A DNA stretch of 64,000 nucleotides, taken from positions 576,001 through 640,000 of the forward strand of contig OZ219788.1 of NCBI GenBank assembly GCA_964291285.2, read 5' to 3'. Position numbers and translations under genes: made by a program. The notes beneath the pieces are model-generated. The model was not told the DNA's origin. It searched no databases and saw only the letters and a program-made list of their open reading frames with translations. Positions 8,876 through 20,595 of this stretch are shown here, in pieces. How positions within the stretch are numbered: position 1 is the stretch's first letter; every line of letters starts with the position of its first letter. This stretch comes from Alphaproteobacteria bacterium (GTDB taxonomy: Bacteria > Pseudomonadota > Alphaproteobacteria > Bin95).

Positions 8876-10609
8876 ATGCTGACCAAACTCACCGTCCGCA
8901 ATTTCAAGCGCTTCGAGGAAGTCGAGATCGAGCTCGGCAACCGAGTGGTCTTCGTCGGCCCGAACAATTCCGGCAAGACCACGGCAATGCAGGCGCTCGC
9001 GCTCTGGGACGCCGGCTTGAAGCAATGGTTGGCCAAGCGCTCGGGAAAAACGGCGTCGGAGCAGCGTCCGGGCGTCACGGTCAATCGCCGCGACCTGACC
9101 GCCATTCCGGTGCCCAGCGCCAACATGCTCTGGCGCGGACTGCACACCCATCGGGGTTACCGCAGTGAAGACGGGCGAAGTCAAACCGACCCCGTCCGCA
9201 TCGATGTTGCCGTCGAAGGCGTTACCGAAGACGAGCATTGGGTTTGCGGTCTGGAATTCTACTACGCCAACGAGGAGTCCTTCTATTGCCGTCCTTTGCG
9301 GAGGAGCAGCAGAACGCCGAATGACCGGATGCCGGTGCCGGGCCGGGCCGGGTCGGTTCAAATTGCCTTCCTGCCGCCGATGTCCGGCCTCGCTGCAACG
9401 GAGACCAGCCTGCCGTCGGGCGCAGTAAACGTACGAATCGGCGAGGGGCGCACCGCCGAGGTGTTACGGAATCTATGCTCGCGCGTTCTCCGGGAACGCC
9501 CGGAGGCATGGGAGCGATTGGTCGCACAGATACATGACTTGTTCGGGGCCTCGCTCGAAGAACCGCGCCATGTGGAAGAGCGTGGCGAGATCGAGATGGC
9601 CTATGAGGAAAACGGGGTTCGGTTGGACCTCTCTTCCAGCGGGCGGGGTTTGCAGCAGACCTTGTTGATCCTGGCCTATCTCTACGCCAATCCCGGCAAT
9701 ATCCTTCTGCTGGATGAACCGGACGCGCATCTTGAGATCCTGCGTCAACGCGAGATTTACCGACTGCTATCGGAAGCCGCCGAACAGAGCGGTAGCCAGG
9801 TCATCGCCGCAAGCCATTCGGAAGTCCTCCTGAACGAAGCCGCCGAGCGCGACCTCGTTATTGCTTTCGTTGGCAAACCCCATCCGATCGGCGACCAGAC
9901 GAGCCAACTCAGGAAGTCCCTCACCGAGATCGGCTGGGACCAGTATTATCAGGCCGAACATAAGGGCTGGGTTCTGTATCTGGAGGGATCGACCGACCTT
10001 GCAATCCTGCAAAGATTTGCCGAGCGATTGGGCCACTCGGATGCGGTCGAGGCGCTAGGGCGGCCGTTTGTCCACTATTGCAGCAACCAGCCGAACAGGG
10101 CGTCGAGCCACTTTTACGGTTTGGCCGAAGCGATGCCGGAACTCAAGGGTATTGCGTTGTTCGACAGGTTGGAAACCAGGCAACGCGGAGATGGCGGTCT
10201 CCCGATAACCTGCTGGAGGAGGCGGGAAATCGAAAATTATCTTTGCACTCAAGCGACCTTGGAGACTTGGGCAGCCGTCTCCGCGCCCGAGGGGCAGATA
10301 GGACCGCTCTTCGTCGAGGCGCAGGCAGAGAAGCGGGTGCAAGCGATGCGCGAGGCGATTGTGGAAGTCTCCGCCGCTATGGCGACGCTGGGCAAGGGCA
10401 CTCCCTGGGATGCGGATACGAAAGTCAGCGACGATTTTCTCACGCCGCTGTTCGAAAGTTATTTCCGGAAACTGAACCTGCCCAACCTCATGCAGAAGAA
10501 GAATTTCCACGAGCTTGCCGACCATGTTCCCGACGGCGAGATCGATTCGGAAATCCGGGAGAAGCTGGACGCCATCGTTCAGGTGGCGGAAGGCGCCGAG
10601 CGAGCATGA
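8876..10609 (+). CDS. OLD-like ABC-ATPase + TOPRIM nuclease (putative defence)
   Basis: Walker A GPNNSGKT, Walker B LLLDEPDAHL, H-loop ASHS; LEGSTD and REIENYL TOPRIM-like motifs; visibly lower GC. Confidence 0.75.
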   Translation: MLTKLTVRNFKRFEEVEIELGNRVVFVGPNNSGKTTAMQALALWDAGLKQWLAKRSGKTASEQRPGVTVNRRDLTAIPVPSANMLWRGLHTHRGYRSEDGRSQTDPVRIDVAVEGVTEDEHWVCGLEFYYANEESFYCRPLRRSSRTPNDRMPVPGRAGSVQIAFLPPMSGLAATETSLPSGAVNVRIGEGRTAEVLRNLCSRVLRERPEAWERLVAQIHDLFGASLEEPRHVEERGEIEMAYEENGVRLDLSSSGRGLQQTLLILAYLYANPGNILLLDEPDAHLEILRQREIYRLLSEAAEQSGSQVIAASHSEVLLNEAAERDLVIAFVGKPHPIGDQTSQLRKSLTEIGWDQYYQAEHKGWVLYLEGSTDLAILQRFAERLGHSDAVEALGRPFVHYCSNQPNRASSHFYGLAEAMPELKGIALFDRLETRQRGDGGLPITCWRRREIENYLCTQATLETWAAVSAPEGQIGPLFVEAQAEKRVQAMREAIVEVSAAMATLGKGTPWDADTKVSDDFLTPLFESYFRKLNLPNLMQKKNFHELADHVPDGEIDSEIREKLDAIVQVAEGAERA

Positions 10610-11007
10610 AAGCGGAAGAGGTCGTCCGGCGGCTCGGGCTGGAGCCGCATCCGGAGGGCGGGTTCTTCCGGGAGACCTACCGGGCGCCGGGCGAGGGGCG
10701 CACGGCCGTCACCTCGATCTATTTCCTGCTGGAGGGCGGGCCGTCGCGCTGGCACCGGGTGGATGCGCCGGAAATCTGGGCCTGGCACGCCGGCGCGCCG
10801 CTGGTGCTGGAGACGGAGACCCGCCGGGTGACGCTCGGGCCGCTGGAGGAGGGCCACGAGCTCCAGGCCGTGGTGCCGGCGCACGAGTGGCAGCGCTGCC
10901 GGTCCTTCGGCGCCTGGAGCCTCGCTGGCTGCATCGTCGCGCCCGCCTTCACCTTCGAGGGCTTCGAGATCGCCCCGCCCGGCTGGGAACCGCCGGGGCG
11001 GGGCTAG
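10606..11007 (+). CDS. cupin (DUF985/Cupin_5) protein
   Basis: LEPHPEGGFFRETYR, SIYFLL, CIVAPAFTFEGFE. Confidence 0.9.
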   Translation: MKAEEVVRRLGLEPHPEGGFFRETYRAPGEGRTAVTSIYFLLEGGPSRWHRVDAPEIWAWHAGAPLVLETETRRVTLGPLEEGHELQAVVPAHEWQRCRSFGAWSLAGCIVAPAFTFEGFEIAPPGWEPPGRG

Positions 11008-11300
11008 TGGGAGTGCGCTTTGTCTTCGAGCCGTTGCAGCGCCTTCTTGATCCAGTCCAGGGCTTCGTTCTGCTTGGCGATTCCCTCTTTCAGCACGGCG
11101 ATGCCCTGCGCCGTTTCCTCGGCCGCCTTCGCCGCGCGCTCGCCCGCCTCTTCGAGGGATGCGACTCTGCCAACGATCGGGGCGAGTTCGGCTGCAACCA
11201 GCTTTTCTATGGCCCAGTAGGACGCGCCGCCCAGCAGCCCGATTGCGACAAGGGCAACGCCCGCCGCCCGCAGCGCAATCCTGACCCGTCCGAGGCTCAT
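11004..11300 (-). CDS. small membrane-anchored coiled-coil hypothetical protein
   Basis: MSLGRVRIALRAAGVALVAIGLLGGASYW TM segment, then a heptad-rich helix. Confidence 0.55.
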   Translation of the reverse strand: MSLGRVRIALRAAGVALVAIGLLGGASYWAIEKLVAAELAPIVGRVASLEEAGERAAKAAEETAQGIAVLKEGIAKQNEALDWIKKALQRLEDKAHSH

Positions 11301-11395
11301 GCCCGGAGGCTCGCAAACGCAGGATAACGGCGCAAGGGGAAACAATGCCCCCGTCGAGGGGCGCGAGCGGCGTGAACGGCCCCTGCGGCCTAGCC

Positions 11396-11525
11396 GCCGT
11401 GCGGCGCACGAATGGCAGCGCTGCCGGTCCTTCGGAGACTGGACTGCATCGTCGCGCCCGCCTTCACCTTCGACGGCTTCGAGATCGCCCCGCCCGGTTG
11501 GGAACCGCCGGGGCGGGGCGGCTAA
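11396..11525 (+). repeat. degenerate duplicate of the cupin gene 3' end (copy of 10867-11007)
   Basis: cggcgcacgaRtggcagcgctgccggtccttcgg...ctgcatcgtcgcgcccgccttcaccttcga...gggaaccgccggggcggggc in both places; 10-nt deletion in the second copy. Confidence 0.92.
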
Positions 11526-11591
11526 GGCGCGCCTGTAGAACCGTTGTTCGGCGGCTCGATGTTCGAGGCTGACGAACCTTCTTGAAAGATA

Positions 11592-11608
11592 GTAACATAA
11601 TGTGTTAC
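11592..11608. promoter_or_regulatory. putative HigA operator palindrome
   Basis: GTAACA-taatg-TGTTAC just upstream of higB. Confidence 0.6.
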
Positions 11609-11616
11609 CACCCACC

Positions 11617-11892
11617 ATGATCCGGAGCTTCCGGCACAAGGGTCTTGCCGAACTGTTCGAACGAGGCCGCAGCCGCCATGTCCAACCAAGCCTCCATGCG
11701 CGTTGCCTGCGCCGGCTGGAAGTCCTGGACCGGGCTGAATCACTGGCCGATCTGCGCATTCCGGGGTTCGATTTCCACGGCCTCCGCGGAGCGCCTCAAC
11801 GCTACACCATCCATGTCAACGGTCCCTGGTGCATCACCTTCGAATGGCGGGAGGGCGAGGCGCTGCGCGTCGATCTCGAACAATATCATTGA
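11617..11892 (+). CDS. higB: HigB (RelE-like) toxin
   Basis: MIRSFRHKGL..VNGPWCITFEW..VDLEQYH. Confidence 0.92.
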   Translation: MIRSFRHKGLAELFERGRSRHVQPSLHARCLRRLEVLDRAESLADLRIPGFDFHGLRGAPQRYTIHVNGPWCITFEWREGEALRVDLEQYH

Positions 11893-11904
11893 GGAGAGGA
11901 CAGA

Positions 11905-12231
11905 ATGACTGAGTATCGCGTCGAACGCCCGCCCGCGCGTGCGCCTGTCCATCCAGGAGAAGTACTGCGCGAGGACGTGCTGCCGGCGCTCGGCCTTTCG
12001 ACCGGCGCGGCGGCGAAACGGCTGGGGGTTTCGCGCCAGCACCTGCATCGGGTCCTGTCCTGCACGCATCCCGTTTCGGTGGAAATGGCGCTGCGGATCG
12101 GCAGGCTCGTCGGCAACGGACCGGGCCTCTGGCTCAGGATGCAGCAGAACCACGACCTGCGGCGGGCCGAACGGAAACTGAAAGACGAACTCGAAAAGAT
12201 AATCCCGGCCGAGGCGACTCCGGCGGCGTGA
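11905..12231 (+). CDS. higA: HigA antitoxin (HTH)
   Basis: PVHPGEVLREDVL..LGVSRQ..EMALRI..WLRMQ. Confidence 0.93.
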   Translation: MTEYRVERPPARAPVHPGEVLREDVLPALGLSTGAAAKRLGVSRQHLHRVLSCTHPVSVEMALRIGRLVGNGPGLWLRMQQNHDLRRAERKLKDELEKIIPAEATPAA

Positions 12232-12313
12232 ACGACGCTCAACGCAAGCGCGGCGCGTGGAGGGTCAAGCCGTTGTTTCGGGAAGTAATCGAGGTCGACG
12301 GCGGGTGGCACTT

Positions 12314-13303
12314 ATGAGGAAGGACGAACTCATTCAGTCGCCGTCAGACGTTCGTCCTCATGTTGTGTTGCTAGGAGCAGGAGCCAGCCGCGCCGCGTTC
12401 CCGAATGGAGATAGGACAGGACACCCGCTTCCGCTGATGAATGATCTCGTAAGCGTAGTCGGTTTGGAATCAATTTTGGAACAAGCCGGCGAGAAATTCG
12501 GGGACGGTGGAAATTTTGAGAGTATATATTCAAAACTGGTTTCGAGTCCAAAGCATCGAAATTTGGTAAAAGAGATTGAAGACAGGATTAGAAGATACTT
12601 TTCCTCGCTCTCTATTCCATCATCAACGACGTTATACGATTGTCTTCTCCTTTCTCTCAGGAGAAAAGATGCTATATTCACATTCAATTGGGATCCATTC
12701 TTATTCGATGCTTATTTGAGAAACTATCACATTGCAACGCTCCCACAAATTTTCTTCTTGCACGGAAATGTTCGAATTGGGATATGCCCGAGGCATCCCG
12801 AGAGATGGGGTATGAGGAAAATACAGTGCCCTGATTGTTTGGAACCATTAAATGACGTGCCTCTGCTTTATCCAATTGAGCAGAAAGATTACTCGAAGAA
12901 TCTATATATTGAACGAAGCTGGGAGGCGGCCAAAGCCTTCTTTCGAGAGGCATTTGTTTTGACAATTTTCGGTTATAGTGCCCCTCATTCAGATACCGAG
13001 GCCGTACGTTTGCTCAACCAAGCGTGGATGGAGCGCAGTGATCGGAAAATTGAACATATTGAAATCATTGACAAAAAGCCATACGGCGTTTTATATGAGC
13101 ATTGGGGACTGTTTTTGCCAACCGGTCATTTGAATAAAATTGATCATTTGCACGAATCTTGGATAATGAGATATCCCCGACGTTCTGTCGAGGCACTAAT
13201 GCAACCAATTTTGTTTGGTGAACCGGTCGAGCATTTTCCGTTGATTAATTCAAATATATTGCATGAAGTGCGAACATCGATTCTTGATAATGCGACTTGG
13301 TAG
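12314..13303 (+). CDS. SIR2-like domain protein (low GC, putative defence)
   Basis: VLLGAGAS, FTFNWD, LHG, FGYS motifs; strongly AT-rich relative to flanks. Confidence 0.7.
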   Translation: MRKDELIQSPSDVRPHVVLLGAGASRAAFPNGDRTGHPLPLMNDLVSVVGLESILEQAGEKFGDGGNFESIYSKLVSSPKHRNLVKEIEDRIRRYFSSLSIPSSTTLYDCLLLSLRRKDAIFTFNWDPFLFDAYLRNYHIATLPQIFFLHGNVRIGICPRHPERWGMRKIQCPDCLEPLNDVPLLYPIEQKDYSKNLYIERSWEAAKAFFREAFVLTIFGYSAPHSDTEAVRLLNQAWMERSDRKIEHIEIIDKKPYGVLYEHWGLFLPTGHLNKIDHLHESWIMRYPRRSVEALMQPILFGEPVEHFPLINSNILHEVRTSILDNATW

Positions 13304-13545
13304 AAATCCAACAGTTTGAGCGAGAAATAGGACTTGACACCCTAAAAAATTCCCGTTCCCGTGCCGGCTCCTTTGTTGAAAATTCGGTTGCCTGGGGGGC
13401 ATACAAGGCCAAACCACCGCCGACAGAGATATGACGTCGGCAGCCGCAAGCGGGAGAGGAGCATGACGGAACGCTCCCGGCCATGTGTCCTGCATCGGGA
13501 ACCCCGGTATCGCAGACCTCTATTCGCCCGCAACCGGGCCGCCTG

Positions 13546-13980
13546 CTATCTCCCGGCCTTCCGCTTGCGCCGCCGCTGCGCGCGGCGGGTTTCGCGGTCG
13601 AGGCCGTGGCGTTTCAGGAAGCGCTGCGCCGCATCGGGGCTGACCGACACGCCCTCGGCGGCGAGCGCGCGGCTCAGCCCGTACATGGAGATGTCCGGCT
13701 GCTCTTCCAGGATGCGGAGGATCCGCTCCCGCTGAGGCTCGGCCCCCGAGACGCTGCCGCCCCGCCGGTCGGCGCGCAGGTGGCCGCGCTCCCGGAAGCG
13801 CTGCACCCACAGGCTGACGCTGTTCGGCGACACGCCGATGCGCCGCGCCGCCGCGCTCCTGCTCATGCCCTCATGCAGCACGGCCGCCACCGCCAGCGCG
13901 CGCATGTCCTCGCTCACCGCCCGGCCGCGCTTCCGCCCCGGCAGCCCGCCCGCCGGCGCGTCCGTCGATCCGTTTCCCAT
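13546..13980 (-). CDS. IS630-type HTH protein (no DDE domain)
   Basis: SEDMRALAVAAV.EGMSRSAAARRIGVS..WVQRFRERG..PDI..L. Confidence 0.65.
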   Translation of the reverse strand: MGNGSTDAPAGGLPGRKRGRAVSEDMRALAVAAVLHEGMSRSAAARRIGVSPNSVSLWVQRFRERGHLRADRRGGSVSGAEPQRERILRILEEQPDISMYGLSRALAAEGVSVSPDAAQRFLKRHGLDRETRRAQRRRKRKAGR

Positions 13981-14269
13981 TCCGTTTCTTCCTCTCTCCG
14001 GCCGCCGCCGGTTCCCGCCTAACTCCGGCGCGGCAGCGCCGCCCGGTCTTCCTCGAACTCGAACGCGGCGGCGCCGCGCGGTCCCGCCGGCAAACGCCGC
14101 AATTTCCGCCAATGTCGAATGAGGCAGGGCTGCGTCCGGGCGCACCTGTCGGGTGAGCCGGCTCCCGCCCGAATGGCCGGCGCGTTCCTTGCGTTGGGTC
14201 GCTGCGGAGCGGGCGCTCCGATAGCCCGTCAGGTCATGTCCTCACTCGGCTTGTTTTCATGGCTGTCAG

Positions 14270-14301
14270 GAATATATAGGGAACATACAGGGGAAGTCAA
14301 G
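14270..14301 (-). promoter_or_regulatory. sigma70-like promoter overlapping a putative alphaproteobacterial LexA box
   Basis: Minus strand TTGACT-N16/18-TATATA/TATATT; plus strand GAAT-N7-GAAC (consensus GAAC-N7-GAAC). Confidence 0.45.
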
Positions 14302-14464
14302 CCCGCGACGGCCGGCGGCCGGGGGCCGGCGAATCGCGGACGGCGTATTGTCCCGCCGGCCTTGCCCCCGGTTCGCCGCCCCGGCCCCCGGGAAGAAGCG
14401 TGAGAAGGAATCGGGGCGGACATTTTTTGGTTTGCAAGGATGGATTGACCGGTCCGGCCGCCGG

Positions 14465-14493
14465 TTGTAAACAAAACCATAAAATGTTTACAA
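14465..14493. promoter_or_regulatory. AT-rich inverted repeat, putative autoregulatory operator
   Basis: TTGTAAACA-N11-TGTTTACAA overlapping the start of the NTase gene. Confidence 0.55.
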
Positions 14494-15584
14494 TGAAGGG
14501 GAACGCTTCCTTGCGGACCTTCCAGCGCCTGCCCGTCGCGATGCAGACGGTTTACGCGGAACTGGCCGACCGGGCCTGGACGGGCAGTTTCCGGGACATC
14601 ATGGACGCGGGAGGAACGCCGCACAAACGCATCGTCAAGGGGCGGGAGTACTGGTACTGGCATCCCGCGACGCGCAACGGGCGCCGCCCGCCGGCGCGGT
14701 ATCTCGGCCCGGACACGCCTGAAATCCGTCGCAGGACCGAGGCCCGGGTGGAACGCGCCGAAGCCCGGAGGGACCGGATCGGCATGGTCCGGGCCCTGCG
14801 CGCCGGGGGAATGCCCGCTCCTGACGGCCTCAGCGGCAACGTGCTGGCCGCCCTGGCCGATGCCGGCGCGTTCCGGCTCCGCGCCGTGGTCGTCGGGTCC
14901 CTCGCTTTCCAGTGCTACCCGCCCATGCTCGGATTCAGGGCGCCGGGCGCGGCAACGCGCACGGGCGATGTGGACATCGGCCAGTTCCCTGCCGTCTCGA
15001 TCGCCGTGGACGACCGGATCGAGCCGGACCTGCTGTCCGTTCTGAAGAGCGTCGATCCCGCATTCGAGGCCGTCCCGTCGCCCTTCGATCCGCGCCGGAC
15101 CCTGCGTTACGCGATCCGGGGCGGGAGCGAGGAGAGGTTCGTCGTGGACGTGCTCGCGCCCATGCGCGGTCCGCCCCGGGACCGGCCCGTGCACCTCCCC
15201 GCCCTGGAAGGCGACGCGCAGCCGCTCCGGTTCCTCGACTTCCTCCTGTACCGGGAGATCGAGGCGCTTGTGCTTCACGGGGCGGGAATCCCCGTCAGGG
15301 TGCCTGCCCCGGAGCGTTTCGCCGTCCACAAACTGCTCGTCGCCGCGCGCAGGCGTGCGGACACGACAGACCGCATCAAGGCGCGGAAGGACGTGGAACA
15401 GGCCGCGCTCCTTGTGCGGGTGCTGGCAAGCGACCGCCCGGAAGAACTCCGGGATGCCTGGGAGGAAATGCGCGCGCGCGGGCCGGCCTGGCGCAAGGCG
15501 GCGGACCGGGGGCGGAAGGACCTGCCGCCCGACGTGCAGGACCTCCTGCCATTGCCGGACGTCCCGCACGATTCGGGCCGGTGA
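14484..15584 (+). CDS. GSU2403-family nucleotidyltransferase-fold protein
   Basis: QTVYAEL, YWYW, VVVGSLAFQCY, TGDVD, PAPERFAVHKL, KARKD; start may be 14493. Confidence 0.82.
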   Translation: MFTMKGNASLRTFQRLPVAMQTVYAELADRAWTGSFRDIMDAGGTPHKRIVKGREYWYWHPATRNGRRPPARYLGPDTPEIRRRTEARVERAEARRDRIGMVRALRAGGMPAPDGLSGNVLAALADAGAFRLRAVVVGSLAFQCYPPMLGFRAPGAATRTGDVDIGQFPAVSIAVDDRIEPDLLSVLKSVDPAFEAVPSPFDPRRTLRYAIRGGSEERFVVDVLAPMRGPPRDRPVHLPALEGDAQPLRFLDFLLYREIEALVLHGAGIPVRVPAPERFAVHKLLVAARRRADTTDRIKARKDVEQAALLVRVLASDRPEELRDAWEEMRARGPAWRKAADRGRKDLPPDVQDLLPLPDVPHDSGR

Positions 15585-15681
15585 CCTCGCCGGACGGTTC
15601 GACCCGCTCCCGGGCGGCGACGCACGCCCCACCCTCAACGTCCCGGGGTCCCGACCTCGGACGGATGGTGGCCCGCCGGCC

Positions 15682-16008
15682 TCACGCCTCCTTGTCGATC
15701 AGCAGCATGAGGCCGGCGGCGCCGATGACGATCATCGCGATCAGGCCGGCCTTCAGCAGGCTCATCTTCTCGCCGAACAGGACCACGCCCGCCAGCACGA
15801 CCAGCGCCGTGCCGACGCCGGACCAGATGGCGTAGGCGGCGCCGACCGGGATGACCCTGAGCGAGAGCGCCAGGAAGAAGAAGCACACGCCGTAGGCCAG
15901 CATGGAAAGACCGCCGATCCCGACCCGCTCGAAGCCGTGGGAGAGCTTCAGCAGGCCGGTGCCGACGGTCTCGAGCAGGATGGCGAGCGCCAGATACGCC
16001 CAGGCCAT
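15682..16008 (-). CDS. SMR/DMT multidrug efflux transporter
   Basis: WAYLALAILLE, IPVGAAYAIWSGVG. Confidence 0.92.
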   Translation of the reverse strand: MAWAYLALAILLETVGTGLLKLSHGFERVGIGGLSMLAYGVCFFFLALSLRVIPVGAAYAIWSGVGTALVVLAGVVLFGEKMSLLKAGLIAMIVIGAAGLMLLIDKEA

Positions 16009-16021
16009 CCCCCCTGTCCCC

Positions 16022-16819
16022 CTAGCCGCAGGCGGCGACCGCCCGGCGCGCCATGACGCCGACCAGATGCGCGCGGTATTCCGCCGAGGCGTGGATGTCC
16101 TCGTTCAGGTCGTCTGCGGACGCCGTCATGCCGTCCAGCGCGGCGGCCGAGAAATTGCCCTCCAGCGCCGCTTCCATCGCCGATTCGCGATAGACGCAGG
16201 AGGCCGCGCCCGTCACCGCGACGCGCACGCCGCCGCCCGTCGTCCGGGCCACGAACACGCCGACGATGGCGTAGCGCGAGGCCGGGTTCGGGAACTTCAT
16301 GTAGGCGGCCGTCTCCGGCGCCGGGAAGCGCACCGCTGTCACGATCTCGCCCTCGTCGAGCGCGGTCTCGAACATGCCGGCGAAGAAGTCGTCCGCCGCG
16401 ATCTCGCGCCGGTCGGTGCAGACCGTGGCGCCCAGGCCCACCAGCGCGGCCGGATAGTCGGCGGCGGGGTCGTTGTTGGCGATGGAGCCGCCGATGGTGC
16501 CGCGGTTGCGGACCTGCGGGTCGCCGATATGGCCGGCAACGGCCGCCAGCGCCGGGATCGCCGCCGCCACCTCGGACGAGTTGGCGACCGTATCGTGCGT
16601 GGTCATCGCGCCCACCGTGACAGTGCCGCCGGACACCCGGATGCCCCTGAGCTCGGCGACGGCCGCGAGATCGACCACGTCGGAGGGCTGCGCGAGGCGC
16701 TGCTTCAGGGTCGGCAGCAGGGTCATGCCGCCGGCCATCAGCACCGCGTCCTCTCCGGCGGCGGCCTTGGCGGCGGCGTCCGCAACCGAACCCGCCGCGT
16801 GATAGGTGAAGTCATGCAT
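16022..16819 (-). CDS. coxM: CoxM-like FAD-binding subunit (xanthine dehydrogenase family)
   Basis: AGGMTLLP, QVRNRGTIGGS, DPAADYP. Confidence 0.9.
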   Translation of the reverse strand: MHDFTYHAAGSVADAAAKAAAGEDAVLMAGGMTLLPTLKQRLAQPSDVVDLAAVAELRGIRVSGGTVTVGAMTTHDTVANSSEVAAAIPALAAVAGHIGDPQVRNRGTIGGSIANNDPAADYPAALVGLGATVCTDRREIAADDFFAGMFETALDEGEIVTAVRFPAPETAAYMKFPNPASRYAIVGVFVARTTGGGVRVAVTGAASCVYRESAMEAALEGNFSAAALDGMTASADDLNEDIHASAEYRAHLVGVMARRAVAACG

Positions 16820-16839
16820 GGAAAGGAGACTCCTTGAGC

Positions 16840-19194
<2,355 letters not shown>

Positions 19195-19197
19195 GGG

Positions 19198-19677
<480 letters not shown>

Positions 19678-19754
19678 GGGAACGCTTCCTCCTCGAGTTC
19701 CTCGCGCGAGTGTTGTCCCGACATGGCGGCCGGGTCAAGCCGGATAAAGCCGCA

Positions 19755-20595
19755 TCAGCCGCCTCCGCCCGCCTGCATTCGGGCGCGGCGCAGGAATATT
19801 CCGGAATCGGCGCGCCATTGCTCATAACCTATGCGGCCGGAATCGGTCAGGCGGGCGATATTCCTGTCGAGGCAATCGGCGAGCGCGCGGTCCGAGGCCG
19901 CCAGGGCGAAGCCGCCGAGTTCGCGGCGGGAGTCGCGCGCGCCGATCGTAAGCGCGCCGCCGGACTCGAGGACGGCGTCAGCATTGCCGATCAGCCCTTG
20001 GGCGACCGCATCGACCTCGCCGGCGCGCAATGCTTCGAGTTGCGCGCCGTCCTCCTGGAAATAGACCACCTGCGGTATGTCCGCCGCGTCGCGGGGCGGC
20101 TCCAGCCGCCGCCGGCCTTCCAGAGCCGGCGAGGAGCCGGCCGCGGTGACGGTAAGGCGCTCGCCGGCCCCGGCTTCCAGCACCGCGCCGGAAGCGAGGT
20201 ACACCTTTGCGCCCGGCCGCAGCGCGCCGTCCGGCCCGATATAACCGGTCAATTGCAGCAGCCGCTCTTCACCGGTGGTGCCGGGCACCGCCGCAATACG
20301 GACATCCGGCGCGAAACCGCGATAGCCCGCGAACCGCCCGGCGTCCCCCGCGCGCACCAGCAATGTCTGGACGAAGGCGATATGCCCCGAGGTGAAGACG
20401 ACCGCCTCGCGGCCCTCAGCGTCGCGGGTGCGATCCTCGCGCACGGTGATGCCGCCGCCGACCAGGTCGTAGTCCGGCGAGGCGGCCTTGAGCCAGATGC
20501 CGGCGAATTCGCCGCCGATGGCGCGGCGGGAAAAGCGCGCGGCGCCCGTCGCCTCCAACGCGGTCAGCAGATCGGCCTCATAGCCGCGGTGTGAC
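19755..20595 (-). pseudogene. family-3 solute-binding protein, 5'-truncated
   Basis: HRGYEADLL..DLVGGGIT..FTSGH..GTTGE..GEVDAVA; no signal peptide; upstream of ~20595 the composition switches abruptly to AT-richer, non-coding-like DNA. Confidence 0.6.

Noticed and set aside
10867-11525. DGR template/variable repeat pair
   Set aside because: Some differences are at A, but others are C/G, T/C and indels, and no reverse transcriptase is in the window.
13546-13980. Complete IS630 element
   Set aside because: No DDE ORF, terminal inverted repeats or TA duplication could be identified.
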